A stretch of 64,000 bases of DNA from an uncultured Thermoplasmata archaeon (GTDB lineage: Archaea > Thermoplasmatota > Thermoplasmata > Lutacidiplasmatales > UBA184). The position numbers and the translations under genes were made by a program. The notes below the pieces were generated by a model. It searched no databases. It was not told the DNA's origin and worked only from the letters and a program-made list of their open reading frames with translations. Below are positions 47,167 through 58,591 of this stretch, piece by piece. Each line of letters opens with the position of its first letter. The first letter of the stretch is position 1. The stretch spans positions 693,159 through 757,158 of the forward strand of contig CAVRCS010000004.1 of the NCBI GenBank assembly GCA_963719635.1, read 5' to 3'.

Positions 47167-48564
47167 CTAGCGGAACCTCGGGATGGGGCGGCCCTGGACC
47201 TCGGGGGGCACGGGCACTCCGAGCAGGTCGAGCACGGTAGGGCCGATGTCGATCAGCCGCTCTTCCTGACCGACCGTCCCCTGGCCGTCCGCGCACCCGC
47301 TCACGGAGTAGACTCCCGTGAACGAGTGGACGGAGTCATCGGGCCCTGTGTCGTTCTCGGAGAGGTAAAGCGTGTCGTAGCCGACGGTCCCGGCGGAACG
47401 CCACGTCGCGTTGGCGAAGTAGACCATCAGGTCCGGGCTGTCGCCGCGGACCTCGCGGTAGATCGCCTTCGGCACCCGGACGTCGACGCCCAACGGCTTC
47501 CCGTCGGGCGCGGGGATCCCACGCATCTTGGCCGTGAGCTCGGCTTCGAACGCCGGGACGTCCTTGGAGGCGATCGTTCCCTTCGGCTCGCGGCCCTTGA
47601 CGTTGTAGAAGATGCGCGCGTAATAGCCGCCGGCGCCCCACGCCCTGGTCTTCGACCAGTCGACGTCGGTCTTCTCGAGCTGCGTCCCCGGCTTCGGGCG
47701 CTCGCCCTTCAGCTTGAGGTACCCCTGCTGGATCAGCCAGTCGTTGATGCAGAACCCCCCCTGCATCGCCTGGCTCCCGTGGTCGGAGACGACCAGGATG
47801 CGGACGTCGTCCGGGATCTCGTCGAGCCAGAGGCCGAGGTCGTGATCGAGCCGCCGGTAGTACTCCTCGGCGAGCTCACGGTACTTGAGGTTCTCCTCGT
47901 AGCGCGGGTGGGCTGGGTCGAAGTACTTCCAGAAGGTGTGATGGAGCCGGTCCGGTCCGATCTCGTGGAGGGCGAAGAAGTCCCACTTCTCCTTCTTCCA
48001 GAGGTGGCGCGCCACCGCGAGGTGCTGGCGCGTCATCTCCAGGACCTCCCGGCCCACGCGGTCCCGGTCGTCGGCGCGGAACGTGACGTCGAACGTGTAG
48101 CCGCCGCCGGCGGTGCGGATCTCCGGCGCGAGGGAGGAGGGGGTCACGAAGTCCTGAGCGCCGTCCGGCGTGAGGAAGTCGGAGATGTACACGCCGTTGA
48201 CCGTGGGCGGGGGGTAGCCGGGCGGCATCCCCATCACGCAGACCCGCCGGCCGACACGGGAGAGCCGGTCCCAGACCATCGGCTGGAGAAGGGTCCGGGA
48301 CGAGGGCACGTACTGGTCCCAGTAGGTTCCCGGCTTGCGATGCCGGAAGCCGTAGATCCCGAGGCTGCCGGGGTCCATCCCCGAGAACATCACCGCCCAG
48401 GCGGGGACCGTGATCGGGGGATCGATCGTTCGGAGGGTCCCCCGCCGCGACCGGGCGAACAGCTCCTTGAGCCGGGGGGTGAACGGCAGGAAGCGGTCGA
48501 ACAGGGTCCACGGAGAGCACGAGTCGAGCCCGATGACCACGACACGGGGCCGGGAATCTGGCAC
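47167..48564 (-). CDS. Alkaline phosphatase-superfamily protein (type I phosphodiesterase / nucleotide pyrophosphatase-like)
   Basis: VIGLDS and VVSDHG metal-ligand motifs. GTG at 48564 is 28 nt downstream of TATA TTTATAC (leaderless). Confidence 0.75.
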   Translation of the reverse strand: MPDSRPRVVVIGLDSCSPWTLFDRFLPFTPRLKELFARSRRGTLRTIDPPITVPAWAVMFSGMDPGSLGIYGFRHRKPGTYWDQYVPSSRTLLQPMVWDRLSRVGRRVCVMGMPPGYPPPTVNGVYISDFLTPDGAQDFVTPSSLAPEIRTAGGGYTFDVTFRADDRDRVGREVLEMTRQHLAVARHLWKKEKWDFFALHEIGPDRLHHTFWKYFDPAHPRYEENLKYRELAEEYYRRLDHDLGLWLDEIPDDVRILVVSDHGSQAMQGGFCINDWLIQQGYLKLKGERPKPGTQLEKTDVDWSKTRAWGAGGYYARIFYNVKGREPKGTIASKDVPAFEAELTAKMRGIPAPDGKPLGVDVRVPKAIYREVRGDSPDLMVYFANATWRSAGTVGYDTLYLSENDTGPDDSVHSFTGVYSVSGCADGQGTVGQEERLIDIGPTVLDLLGVPVPPEVQGRPIPRFR

Positions 48565-48737
48565 CGCGCGGCGAGCAACGAGCTCCGTATAAACGGCCTT
48601 CGGCCGCGCGGGCTCCCCGATGGCGGAACGCGCCGGACGGGTGCCCTCCGGGCCTGCCGACGGCGTGCATGGGTGGCCGTTTTACCGCAGTTCTGGCGTG
48701 CGCAAGCGCGATAACCCCTACCGAACTCGCGGGGGCC

Positions 48738-49022
48738 ATGTCCATCGCCCTGCTACGAGCGAACATGGCCGCCAACATCGAAGCGACGATTACCGCGATC
48801 TCCCCTGTCCGGGACGTCACCACCTCCCGCGGCGCGTCCAAGGTCGCGGACGCGACCCTCCAGGACGACTCCGGCACCATCACCCTCACGCTGTGGGGGG
48901 ACGATTCTGCCCGATTCTCGGTCGGGCAGAAGATCAAGATCGCCGACGGGTGGGTCAAGGACTTCCGTGGGAAGCTCCAGGTCTCCACCGGTCGCTCCGG
49001 CACGATCAGCATCGTCGCCTAG
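48738..49022 (+). CDS. Single OB-fold nucleic-acid-binding protein (RPA/SSB-like)
   Basis: VADATLQDDSGTITLTLWGD...GQKIKIADGWVKDFRGKLQVSTG is typical of the OB fold. The start is at ATG 48738 rather than 48669. Confidence 0.5.
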   Translation: MSIALLRANMAANIEATITAISPVRDVTTSRGASKVADATLQDDSGTITLTLWGDDSARFSVGQKIKIADGWVKDFRGKLQVSTGRSGTISIVA

Positions 49023-49115
49023 TGCGACGGCGACCCCCTCGCGGCCTGACGGCCGCACCCGATGGGATGCTCTCGCGCGCGGTGCGCTGCCCGTCTGAGC
49101 CGGTACGGCGGCGGC

Positions 49116-50653
49116 TCACGCCGCCATCGCGCGACGGAACGCGTCCGCCCCGTACCGCTGCCCGGTCACTTCCCGAAGGTGCGGGATCCAGTCGAACATC
49201 GAGCCGGGGGCGAACCACTCCTTCGTGAGCCATGGCCCGTAGCGCGGGTTTGGCCAGAACGGGCCCGGGAACCGCTCCGCGAGCGCCTCGCGGAGGTGGT
49301 GGCTGAACAGGATCGCCAGCAGGTAGTTCGGCGCGTAGATCGGCGTGTTGACGAAGAACGGGTCTACGAACGAGAGCGGGCGGTACTCGTCGTAGCCGAA
49401 CAGATCGCGCTGGAAGCGGTGTAGGGCCGGCAGCGGGTCGCGGTCCGGGCGGCGGTAGAGCTCCTGCTCGGTCCTCAGCCAGCACGCGTGCCAGCACGCG
49501 TCGAGCGCGGAGGCATCGCGGGCCGCCGTCTCGTACGCTTCGGCGCTGGCGCGGGAGATCCCGGCCGGGAGGCGAGCCACTCGGCCCGGCTCGGGATCTC
49601 CTCGAAGAACCCCCCGACCCCCTCGTGGAACGGTCCGAAACCGGGGACGTTCTCCGACCAGTGCAACAGGTGGGGCGGCGCGCGGATCGACGCGGAGTGG
49701 ACCGCGTGCCCGACCTCGTGGAAGAGGATCATGTGCGCGGTCCACCCGCCGTCCGGGTGGACCATGATACGGACGTCGGTCGGCGGGTTCGGTGCGAGCG
49801 TCATCCCCCCGGAGGGGAGGTCGTGAAAGACGACACGGAACCGCATGCGCGACGTGCGGAAACCCCAGCGGTCGGCGGCGGCGAGAACGCGGGACACCAT
49901 CCCGCGGCGGGGGAACGAGCGCTCCGGTAGCCGGACGCGGTCGTGCCGTGCGAAGGCGAAGTCCCACGGATGCCAGCCGTCGTCCGGGTGCTGCTCGTAG
50001 AAGGCGTCCCGGAGCCCGCGGAGCGCACGTCGGCCCGGCACGACCGCGGCGTCGGTCAGTTCCTCGAGTCGGGCGACCGTCAAGCCGTCGAACCCGAGGC
50101 GCATCTCGGCGAACGTCGGGAATCCGAGCTCCACGGCACCCTCGTTGCGGAGTCGCACCAGCTCGCGGAGCGGCTCCTCGAGGGCGTGGTGGAGGGGCTG
50201 GAGCGCGTAGTACGCGCGGCGCCGGGCCACCGCGTCGCTCCCTTCGAAGAGCGTGCGGTGGACCACCACGCGGTTCACGCGCTTCCCGTTCCAGAGGGGC
50301 CGGAACTGGACGATGCGGCGCTGGAGCCTCCCCCGGATCTGGACGACCTTGGGTGACTGCTCGACCCGGCTCAACAGCGCGATGCGCTCGAGCAGCTGCA
50401 GACGGCGGTGCATCGGGTCGGGCCAGTCGCGGCGCAGCGCCTTTCGGGTCCACTCGAGGAGGCCGGGCTCGGCGAGCAGACGGGTGCGACGGAGCTGCAG
50501 CGCATCCGCGTCCGCGCGGGGCCGCCCGGCGAACATCGCCCACTCCGCCAGCAGCAGGCCCCGGTCCAAGCGTTCGAGTCGTCGGTCGACGTCCAGCAGG
50601 AATCGCTCGCCGTCGCGGGGGTCCGGGGAGAGCGGAAGGCGTAGAGCGCCCAT
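49116..50653 (-). CDS. Zinc metallopeptidase (HExxH; M3/oligoendopeptidase-like) with a frameshift near 49575
   Basis: HEVGHAVH plus a downstream FHEGVGGFFEE. Two ORF-track frames (49475-50653 and 49116-50543) join at ...EWLA / LPAGISRASAEAYE, and the join requires 1 nt in a CCC run. Confidence 0.55.
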
Positions 50654-50795
50654 TCGGCCGCGGTAACCGCCGGTCCCTTTACAGTGAGCGACGGCGGGCT
50701 CGGCCCCGCGCAGGCGGACCAGCTCACGGGAAGCGGCTCCCGGCCGTGCCCTGCAGGACGCGAGGTCATGTAGCGAAGGGGTCGTGCCTCGCAGG

Positions 50796-51663
50796 AATGA
50801 ACTCTAGCGGGAGCTTGAAGGGCCGTGTCGCCGTCGTCACGGGCGGCGCCTCCGGGCTCGGATGGGGAATCGCCCGCGCGCTCGCCGCGCGGCGCGCCAC
50901 CGTCGTTCTCGTGGGCCGGGCGGAGAGCCGTTCGGTCGCCGCGGCCGCCGAGATCTCTGCCCAGACGCAGAACTCGGAGGTGTACCCCCTCTCCGTCACC
51001 GACCTCGCGGTGCGCTCGGAGGTCAGCCGCGTCGTCACGGTCCTGACGGAGCGGTACCCGCGCATCCACCTGCTCGTGAACAACGCGGGGGGCTACTTTC
51101 ACCGACGCGAGGTCACGTCGGAGGGACTGGAGCGCACGTTCGCGTTGGACGTGCTGGCCCCGTTCCTCCTGACCGCTCGTCTGCTGCCCCGGCTCCTCGA
51201 GAGCGCCCCGTCGAAGGTCCTCATGGTAGCCTCCGAGGCGCACCGAGGGAACAGCGTCGACTTCGGGAACCTGCAGGGCGATCACGGCTACCGTGGTTAC
51301 CGTGCCTACGGCCGTTCGAAGCTCGAGCTGATCCTGCTCGCCCGGGAGTTCGCTCGCCGCCTGCACGACTTTCCGGTGACCGTGAACGCCGTTCATCCGG
51401 GGGTCGTGGCCTCGGGATTCGGCCGGAACAACGGCGGTGTCGTGGGTTATGCGACCGGGCTTGCGATGCGCCTGTTCGGCCGGAGCGTGAGCGCTGCCGC
51501 GGAGGACGTGGTCTTCGACGCCACGGAGCCGAGCCTGGAGAAGGTCACGGGGGAGTACCTCTCCCACCGTCAGGTCCGCTCCGGCTCGGCCGAGTCGCGC
51601 AACATGGTCGTGGCGCTGCGCCTGTACGAGACTTGCGCAGAGCTCGCGAAGCCGTACCTCTAG
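50796..51663 (+). CDS. Short-chain dehydrogenase/reductase (SDR)
   Basis: TGGASGLGWG, NNAG and YGRSK. Confidence 0.85.
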
Positions 51664-51724
51664 GGCCTGCGGGGCGGCCGGGGTCCTCGGACCCGCCGTC
51701 GGAGTCGCCCCGGAATTGCCCCGG

Positions 51725-54700
51725 TCATCCGGACGGCGGGCTCGCGGGAGGCTCCCCCGGGGCACTCGCGGGATCGGCCGGCGGTGCGGAGGTTGCTCCA
51801 GCAGCCGGACCTCCGCGCCGGCCCCGCATCGCGTAAGCCCAGCCGGCAACCGCTAGGACGGCGAGCGCGACCACCCCGACGAGAAGCCCCTCCTCGGTCG
51901 AGGTCAGCGCCGGGTGCGATGGGGCGACCTTCGAGAAGGCGAGGTACACGACGACGTTGGTGCCGTTCACCTGGAGCTCCCCGCCGGACGGCGTGACCTG
52001 GTAGCCCGACGGTGTGGTGACGGCGAAGGCGTACGTAGCGTTCGCCTCGGGGAACGTGACGTTCGACAGGTGGCCCGCTATCCCCTGCCCGCCCAGCTCG
52101 ACCTCCCAGACCGTTCCCGTGGGAAGTCCGCTCTGGGCGAACGTCACCGCGTAGGTGTACGGGGCGAAGGTGAAGGCGAACGTCTCGCCCGCTCCGGCGA
52201 CGACCGCCGTCCCGGACGGGGAGGAGACGGTGAACCCGGCGATGTGGCCGACGACGTACGCGTAGCTGCCGTTCATCACCGAAACGTTCGTGGAGTCGCC
52301 CGAGACCGGGTAGCGCACCGAGGTGACCGTCACGCTCCAGCCGACGCCGTGGGGAAGTCCCGACTCGGTGAAGTGGAGCCGGAAGAGCACCGGGGCGAAG
52401 ACAATCTTCACCGTCTGGTTCGTCCCGTTCTCGACCCCGCTACCAGCCGCCGGAGCGGCCGAGTAGTCGGGGGACGAGAAGACGGTGTACCCGAACGCGG
52501 TGTCGGCCCCGTCGGTCTGGTCGAAGCGGATCGGAGTGCCAGCGACGCTCGCACCGGTGACGCCGTTGAGGCGGACCGACCACGGCGTCCCGCCCGGCAG
52601 GCCAACTTCCGCGAAGGAGACCTGGGCGTCGACCCAAGGGTGCATCAGCGGGTAGGCGTCGACGACCCCCGGCAGGACGTACGGCGTGTCGCCGATCCCG
52701 TCCGCGCCCGGCAGGTTCTGGGACGGCCCGCTCCACCGGTCGGCCCCGGCGTAGCCGCTCCAGTAGTTCCCGGCGATGGGGTAGGATGCGTTCCACTCCG
52801 AGAACGTGAAGGTCCCCGTGGCGTTGAAGTTGGACGAGTCGAAATCGTTGTGGTAGATGGGTCCGAAGTTGTCGTGGGTCAGGACGGTCTCTCCTAGCTG
52901 GAGCAGGTCGTTGCCCACGATCCCGAGGTCGATCTCCGTAGCGTTGACCAGCACCTCGGCGGAGCCCGAGGCATTGTTCTCCTCGAGCGTCCCAGTCGCG
53001 CCGGTCCCGGCGTGGTTGAGGTCGAGCGCATCGCCGGCTGAGTTCGAGAGGTTGTTGCCCAGGACCTGGAGGCGGGCGCCGCTCGAGTTGACAATCGTGA
53101 GGCCGAACGCCGAGCTACCGGCGATATCGTTCCGCTCGACCACCACGGCCGCCGCGGCATCCTGGACCGAGATCCCGCCGACGGCCGAGAGGATGGTGTT
53201 CCCGACTACGGAAAGGTCAGCGGCGCCCGGGTCGGCCCCGACCGCCACGTTGAGCGCGTGGTCGAGGTCGTTGTCGTTGACCGTCACGTTGCCGCTGACC
53301 GCCACGATATCGACCCCTGTTCCTGCCGCCCAGGTGAGCACATTGTCGGCAACCGTTACCGTGCCGGTCGGGTCGTCGACGTGCACCGCCGCGATCCCCG
53401 AGCCGTTGATGGTGTTGCCGGTAGCGAGGGCGTTGGAGACAAGGTCGAGGTCCAGCCCGTAGACCGTGGGCTGGAAGACCACGTTGTCGGCGAGGTCGAG
53501 GCCCCAGTCCCCGTCGGCGGAGACTCCGACGACCGAGCCGAGGACTGTGTTCTCTGCGAACCGTACGCCGCCGGACGAGAGGAGCACGGCGGCGGCCGCG
53601 TCGTCGTCGAACTCGTTGTCCGTGATCTGAGCTCCGGTCGCGCCGTCGATCGTGAGACCGGTTCCGGCGTTCGAAATGTAGTTGCCGGAGACGGTGACGT
53701 TCGCGGAGTCGGAGATCTCAGGGCCGCTCCCCACGTGCGGCATGGCGTTGTCCGTGACCGAAACGTTGGCGCTCGCCCAGACATAGGCCGCTGCCCCGGC
53801 CCCGTCCGCGAGGGTATTGTTGACGATCGTCACCGCGTTGGAACTCAGGAGCTCGACCCCGAGGTCGTGGGTCGAATTGAAGAAATTCCCGGCAACGGTC
53901 AACTGGGAGCTGCCGATCGCCCAGAGCCCGAACGCATCGTCGTAGACGTAGTTCCCTTGGACGACCACGCGCGCATCGGTGGCGAGGCCGATCCCCCCGT
54001 GGGGAAGCGCGTGGTGGAGCTCGAACGAGATGTTGTTCCCCACGACCGAAACGTCGGAGCTGTTCCCGATCACGATCCCGCGGGCAGAGAACGGGGCGAA
54101 GTTCGAGGCGACCGAGAGATCGGTCGTGTCGTTGACCCTCACCGCGAATCCGGTCCCCGAGGAGCAGTTGGTGATCTGGTTGTGGACGATCCGGTCGCCG
54201 GAGCCGCCGAGCAGCTCGACGCCGGTGGAGGAGTTGTTCAGCGCGTTGTAGCTGACCGTCGCCAGCGAGACGTCGACGAGCCGGACCCCGCCCCCGTTCT
54301 CGATCGTGTTGCCGACCACAAACGCCCCCGTGGAGTTCGAAACGAAGACCGCGGCCGTCGTACCGTTCAGCGTGTCGGAAGCGAGCGTCAGGTTCGTCGT
54401 GTTGTTGGAACGAACGCCGACCGAGTCGTTCGCGGTGTACAGGTGCGTGATCGCGACGTAGGTGGCGTTGTCGACGGTTACCGCCGCCCCGTCTCCCCCC
54501 GGACGAGTTGTACGCGATGGTACCTGCCGCCCGCCTGAAGTTGGGTCCCGTTGAGCAGGATCACCAGCGACCCCTGGAACGACGACGTCAACTCCATCAC
54601 GCCGCCCGACTCGACGATGGGCGGCGTCAGCCCGCTCGTCGAGGAGATTTGCCCGTTCGCTTGGATCGTCACGACCCCGTAGTCGGTGAGGACCGCGGGC

Positions 54701-54818
54701 CCGACCGGCCGTCGTTGCCCCCCGCCGTCGCGGTAGCCGCGCCGATGCCCGAAAGGATGAGGACCGTCAAGATCGCCACTGCCGCCGCCGTCTGGAACGG
54801 AGCCGTTCGAGCTCTCAT
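51725..54818 (-). CDS. Membrane-anchored right-handed beta-helix surface protein with FTESGLP / FAQSGLP modules; -1 frameshift in a G6 run at ~54497
   Basis: ATG at 54818 gives MRARTAPFQTAAAVAILTVLILSG (signal peptide). The frame breaks at GGGGGG (plus-strand CCCCCC 54495-54500): ...RYHRVQLVR / GGDGAAVTVDNATYV. The C-terminus has the TM LLVGVVALAVLAVAGWAYAM. Confidence 0.75.
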
Positions 54819-54943
54819 CGCCGCCCTATCGGGGGCAGGCACGGACGACCTTATGGTACCGTGTCGGAGGTCTCCGCGGGGCTCCCGGCTCGGCGAGGGC
54901 GGTGGGCGCTCTCGAGGGGGACGCTCCCCCTCAGACGGTTGCG

Positions 54944-56809
54944 CTACTCTTCAGCGACCGGCGTTCCGCGCTCGGCCTCGGCGAACTTGTGGACTACGTC
55001 GACGAACGTCGAGTGCGACCACGCCAACGGCGTGGCGCTCCGAGGTTCGCCGGTCGCACGGTCCACCTGCTCGGGGAGCATCTGGGTCGGCGTGGCGTGG
55101 GCGGTCGCCCACTCGATGAGCTCGCGGCACCGTTCCCTCTCCCCTAGCCGAAGCCGCGCCTCGGCCAGCCAGAGCGTACACACGATCCACGGGTTCTCCG
55201 TCCCGTAGTACGTGTCTCCCTCGTAGCGCGCGAGCCCGCCGACCCCAGGCGCCCAGAGCCGCTTCTCGACCGCGTCGACGGTGGCCCGGGACCGCGGGTC
55301 GGTCCAGTCGAGGAGCCCGAGCTTGAGCCCCAGCAGGATCGACGCGTCCACCTTCTCGTCCCGGGGCTCGACCGAGCGGACGAAGCGCCCGAGGTGGTCG
55401 TCCCAGAGGTGGGCGACCGCCGCCGCCCGGACCTCCTCCGAGGCGGCGCGCCATGGGCGCGGGTCCTTGCCGATCTCGGCGGCGATCCGTGCCGCCCGCT
55501 CGAGCGCGTGCGCGACCGCGGCCGCAGAGTAGGCGTGGACGCCCATCCGCTCCTCCCACAGGTCGAAGCTCGGGTGGGGAAGGTGGGTACTGCCGTCGCG
55601 GAACTTGGCCAGGAAGTTCGCGGCCCCCTTGACCAGCGGCCACAGCGCGACGAGCGTGTCGGGGTCGCCCCCCCGCTTGTAGTGGTGCCACGCCGCGGCG
55701 ACGACCGTCGCGGTCTGGTCGACCTGGAGGAACGGAGGCGGATGCCAGGTGCTCCCCAGGGCCCCGTCCGGGAAGTGACGGTGAAAGAACGAGCCGTCCG
55801 GGCTCTGGCACGCCTGGGCGAACGCGAGGAACCGGGTCGCCCCCTCGTAGAGGCCGGCTTCGTCCATCGCCTTCGCGATGTAGCCGCCGTCGCGCCACCA
55901 GCAGTAGTTGTAGGTGTCGCCGGCAGCCACGAGGGACCGGGTATCCGGGGACGCCACGATCGACCCGTTCTGGCCGGTAACGTGCCGCATCAGCAGCACG
56001 CTCGACCGGTAAACGCCGCGGCCGAGCTCGCTCATCCCGGCCGGTGGGTGGGGCAGCCGTCGCTCCGCCCACGACTCCCAGAACCGCTCGGACTCGTGGA
56101 CGAACCGTGACGGCCCACCGTGGCGGACGTAGTCGCGGACCTCATGGACGCCCGGCAACGACCGGCCGGCCGCCAGGAAGATCTTCAGTTCGGTGTCCTC
56201 CCCTTCAGGGGGGTCAAGGTCCCACTCCATCACGCTGTCCGCTGCCCCGTGGGCGACCGCACGTCCCTCGAGCCGGCCGTCTTCCGCGTCGACGTACGTC
56301 CCGCGAAGGCCCTTCACCGTGTGCTCGCCGCAGGCCGCGTGGTCGAACGCCGGGTCCCCGAAGAACTCGAAGTAGTAGCCCCGCTTGTAGTGGACGAGCG
56401 ACGGCACCGACGGCTCGACGAACGCCGTATCCTGGTACATCGACTCGGCGATCTGGAACGCGTGGTAGGCGAACAGGCGCAGCGGCCGCGCCGGCTGCGC
56501 CCGGAGCCGAACCGTCCGCACGACGAGGTCGTGGTTCGGGTGGACGTGGTCGCGGACGGAGATACGGATCCCCTCGCCGGTCCACGTCGACTCGGGAAGG
56601 TGGCCGGCCCCGAACGGCCGTTGGTCCACCGTGAACCCGTTGCCGCGGCGTAGCCAGGAGAACTTGCCGGCGGGAACGTCATAAACGCCGAGCCGCGCCT
56701 CACGGAGATGCTGAAACTGCCCGGGGTACGGGTAGAACAGCTCGTTCCAGTCCCCGTGCTCATTGACGGTAAGCAGAATGCGGCCGTTCCCGGCAACTAG
56801 GGTGATCAT
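54944..56809 (-). CDS. Glycoside hydrolase family 15 (glucoamylase/glucodextranase-like)
   Basis: GH15 (alpha/alpha)6 catalytic region (YNYCWWRDGGYIA, LWEE). Confidence 0.85.
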   Translation of the reverse strand: MITLVAGNGRILLTVNEHGDWNELFYPYPGQFQHLREARLGVYDVPAGKFSWLRRGNGFTVDQRPFGAGHLPESTWTGEGIRISVRDHVHPNHDLVVRTVRLRAQPARPLRLFAYHAFQIAESMYQDTAFVEPSVPSLVHYKRGYYFEFFGDPAFDHAACGEHTVKGLRGTYVDAEDGRLEGRAVAHGAADSVMEWDLDPPEGEDTELKIFLAAGRSLPGVHEVRDYVRHGGPSRFVHESERFWESWAERRLPHPPAGMSELGRGVYRSSVLLMRHVTGQNGSIVASPDTRSLVAAGDTYNYCWWRDGGYIAKAMDEAGLYEGATRFLAFAQACQSPDGSFFHRHFPDGALGSTWHPPPFLQVDQTATVVAAAWHHYKRGGDPDTLVALWPLVKGAANFLAKFRDGSTHLPHPSFDLWEERMGVHAYSAAAVAHALERAARIAAEIGKDPRPWRAASEEVRAAAVAHLWDDHLGRFVRSVEPRDEKVDASILLGLKLGLLDWTDPRSRATVDAVEKRLWAPGVGGLARYEGDTYYGTENPWIVCTLWLAEARLRLGERERCRELIEWATAHATPTQMLPEQVDRATGEPRSATPLAWSHSTFVDVVHKFAEAERGTPVAEE

Positions 56810-56906
56810 CCGTTGGAGGGTCCGCGCGGGCGCCCGTTTCCGGGCGGCCCGTCCGACGCTCCCGGGGCGCCCGGGCCCTTAACGGTTCGGTTGGAATCGG
56901 CGACGG

Positions 56907-57422
56907 CTAGTGGGGGTGGCGGTGGCCCGTCGTGCCGCCCGCGACCGCGGGGGAGCCGACGATGTACTCGCCCCAGGCGATCCCCTTCACGCCGCGGAGG
57001 TCCTCTGCCGCCGCCACGACCTCGGCGCGACGCCCGGCGAGCCCGAGGATCTGCATGCACGACTCGCCGCCGAGGTGGACGTGCGTGGACGAGCGGATGT
57101 GCGTTCCCCAACGGTGCTCGGCGGACGTCAATCGCTCGAGCACGTTCGGGGCGTCGTGCCGGTAGAGCAGCATCACGCAGGCGACCGCGTTGGAGGTCGG
57201 GCGGCCCAGCGCCTTCTCGCCCAGCTCCTTGCGGATCAGCGCGCGGATCGCATCCGACCGGCTCCCCGAGTTCCGTTCCTGGGCCCACTGGTCGAGGAGA
57301 CGCAGGAGGGTCGGCTCCAGCGAGACCCCGAGGCGCACGACGTACTCGTCGGGGTCGTCGTGGCCCCGACTGACGGCAGCCGTTCGGCGCTGAGGAGCCG
57401 AGCGGGCGTTCCGGGCGCTCAT
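56907..57422 (-). CDS. nikR: NikR-family nickel-responsive regulator (RHH + metal-binding domain)
   Basis: RHH RLGVSLEPTLLRLLDQWAQERNSGSRSDAIRALIRKEL. Ni-site HVHLGGESCMQIL (H-x-H-x5-C) and a C-terminal GHRHPH. ATG at 57422. Confidence 0.7.
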   Translation of the reverse strand: MSARNARSAPQRRTAAVSRGHDDPDEYVVRLGVSLEPTLLRLLDQWAQERNSGSRSDAIRALIRKELGEKALGRPTSNAVACVMLLYRHDAPNVLERLTSAEHRWGTHIRSSTHVHLGGESCMQILGLAGRRAEVVAAAEDLRGVKGIAWGEYIVGSPAVAGGTTGHRHPH

Positions 57423-57429
57423 CGTGGGG

Positions 57430-58569
57430 CTAGGCGGCCGCGTCGGGCGGAGGTGCCGGTCCGAAGCCGATCTCCTCGTACCGCTTCCATCGGTAGATCG
57501 CCATCGCCAGAATCCAGCAGCCGATGAAAAGGGCCACGATGCCGATGCCGACGTAGCCCCACACATCGATCCCGTACGGTCCGGCGGCGTTGTTCAACCA
57601 GCCCATCGAGGTCCAGAAGCCGAACGGACCGCCGGAGAGGCCGAGTTCGCTGGCGATCACCCCGAGCACCTCGATCGTTCCGACGACGAACGCGACGAGG
57701 ACGCTGATGACGGTCATCGTGAGGTTGTAGTATACCTTGCGGATCGGCTTCAGGAACGCCCAGCCGTACGCGTAGCGCATCCCGATCCCGTCGGAGGTGT
57801 CGGTGAGGACCATCCCGCAGGTGAACATGAACGGCAGGACCAGCACCATCCACAGCGGGAACCCGGCGGCCGCCGTGCCGATGGTGACGGTGATCGCGAT
57901 GAGCGTCACCTCGGTCGCCGTGTCGAACCCGAGCCCGAAGAGGACCCCGACCGGATAGATCTGCCACGGCTCGTTGACGAACCGGAAGAGGAAGTTGAAG
58001 TAGCGGTTCATGAAGCCCCGCTGGTTCAGCTGGGCCTCGAGGCCGGCCTGGTCGAGCGAGCCGGCGCGCAGGCGGCGGAAGATCCGGTAGACCTCCCAGA
58101 AGATCAGGAGATTGATGAACGCGATGATGTAGAGGAACCCGCCCGAGATGGCGGTGCCGAGCACCGCTCCCACGGCGGCGAACGTCGGGTAGGCGCCGAG
58201 GATGAACCGGGCGGCCACGACCAGGCCGACGAGCATCCCCATCACGATCGTCGAGTGGCCGAGCGAGAACCACGTCCCGACCGTGTACGGCCGCTTCCCC
58301 TGTTGGAGCAGCTTGCGCGTCGTGTTGTCGATCGCACAGATGTGGTCGGCGTCTACGCCGTGCCGCAGGCCGAGCGTGTACGCGAGGATCCCGAGCCCGA
58401 GGAAGATCCCGTACGTTCGACCGACGAGCACGGTGGCGAGGAATCCGAGCCCTGTCGCGACGACGATCCCGGCGTAGATGGCGATCACCCGGCGCCGCTC
58501 GGCGGGGGAGAGGACGAGTGCGTTCCCCGCGGGCGCGTCGGCCGAAACGGAAGGGGTCCCCAGGGCCAT
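57430..58569 (-). CDS. NiCoT-family nickel/cobalt permease (HoxN/NixA)
   Basis: Signature HAxDADHI (RHGVDADHICAIDN) and GFDTATEV. An AT-rich promoter AAAAGAAAAAGCGACATAAAGGTTAAG is upstream. Confidence 0.85.
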   Translation of the reverse strand: MALGTPSVSADAPAGNALVLSPAERRRVIAIYAGIVVATGLGFLATVLVGRTYGIFLGLGILAYTLGLRHGVDADHICAIDNTTRKLLQQGKRPYTVGTWFSLGHSTIVMGMLVGLVVAARFILGAYPTFAAVGAVLGTAISGGFLYIIAFINLLIFWEVYRIFRRLRAGSLDQAGLEAQLNQRGFMNRYFNFLFRFVNEPWQIYPVGVLFGLGFDTATEVTLIAITVTIGTAAAGFPLWMVLVLPFMFTCGMVLTDTSDGIGMRYAYGWAFLKPIRKVYYNLTMTVISVLVAFVVGTIEVLGVIASELGLSGGPFGFWTSMGWLNNAAGPYGIDVWGYVGIGIVALFIGCWILAMAIYRWKRYEEIGFGPAPPPDAAA

Positions 58570-58591
58570 TCCGGCCGGCCTACAGGGGCCG

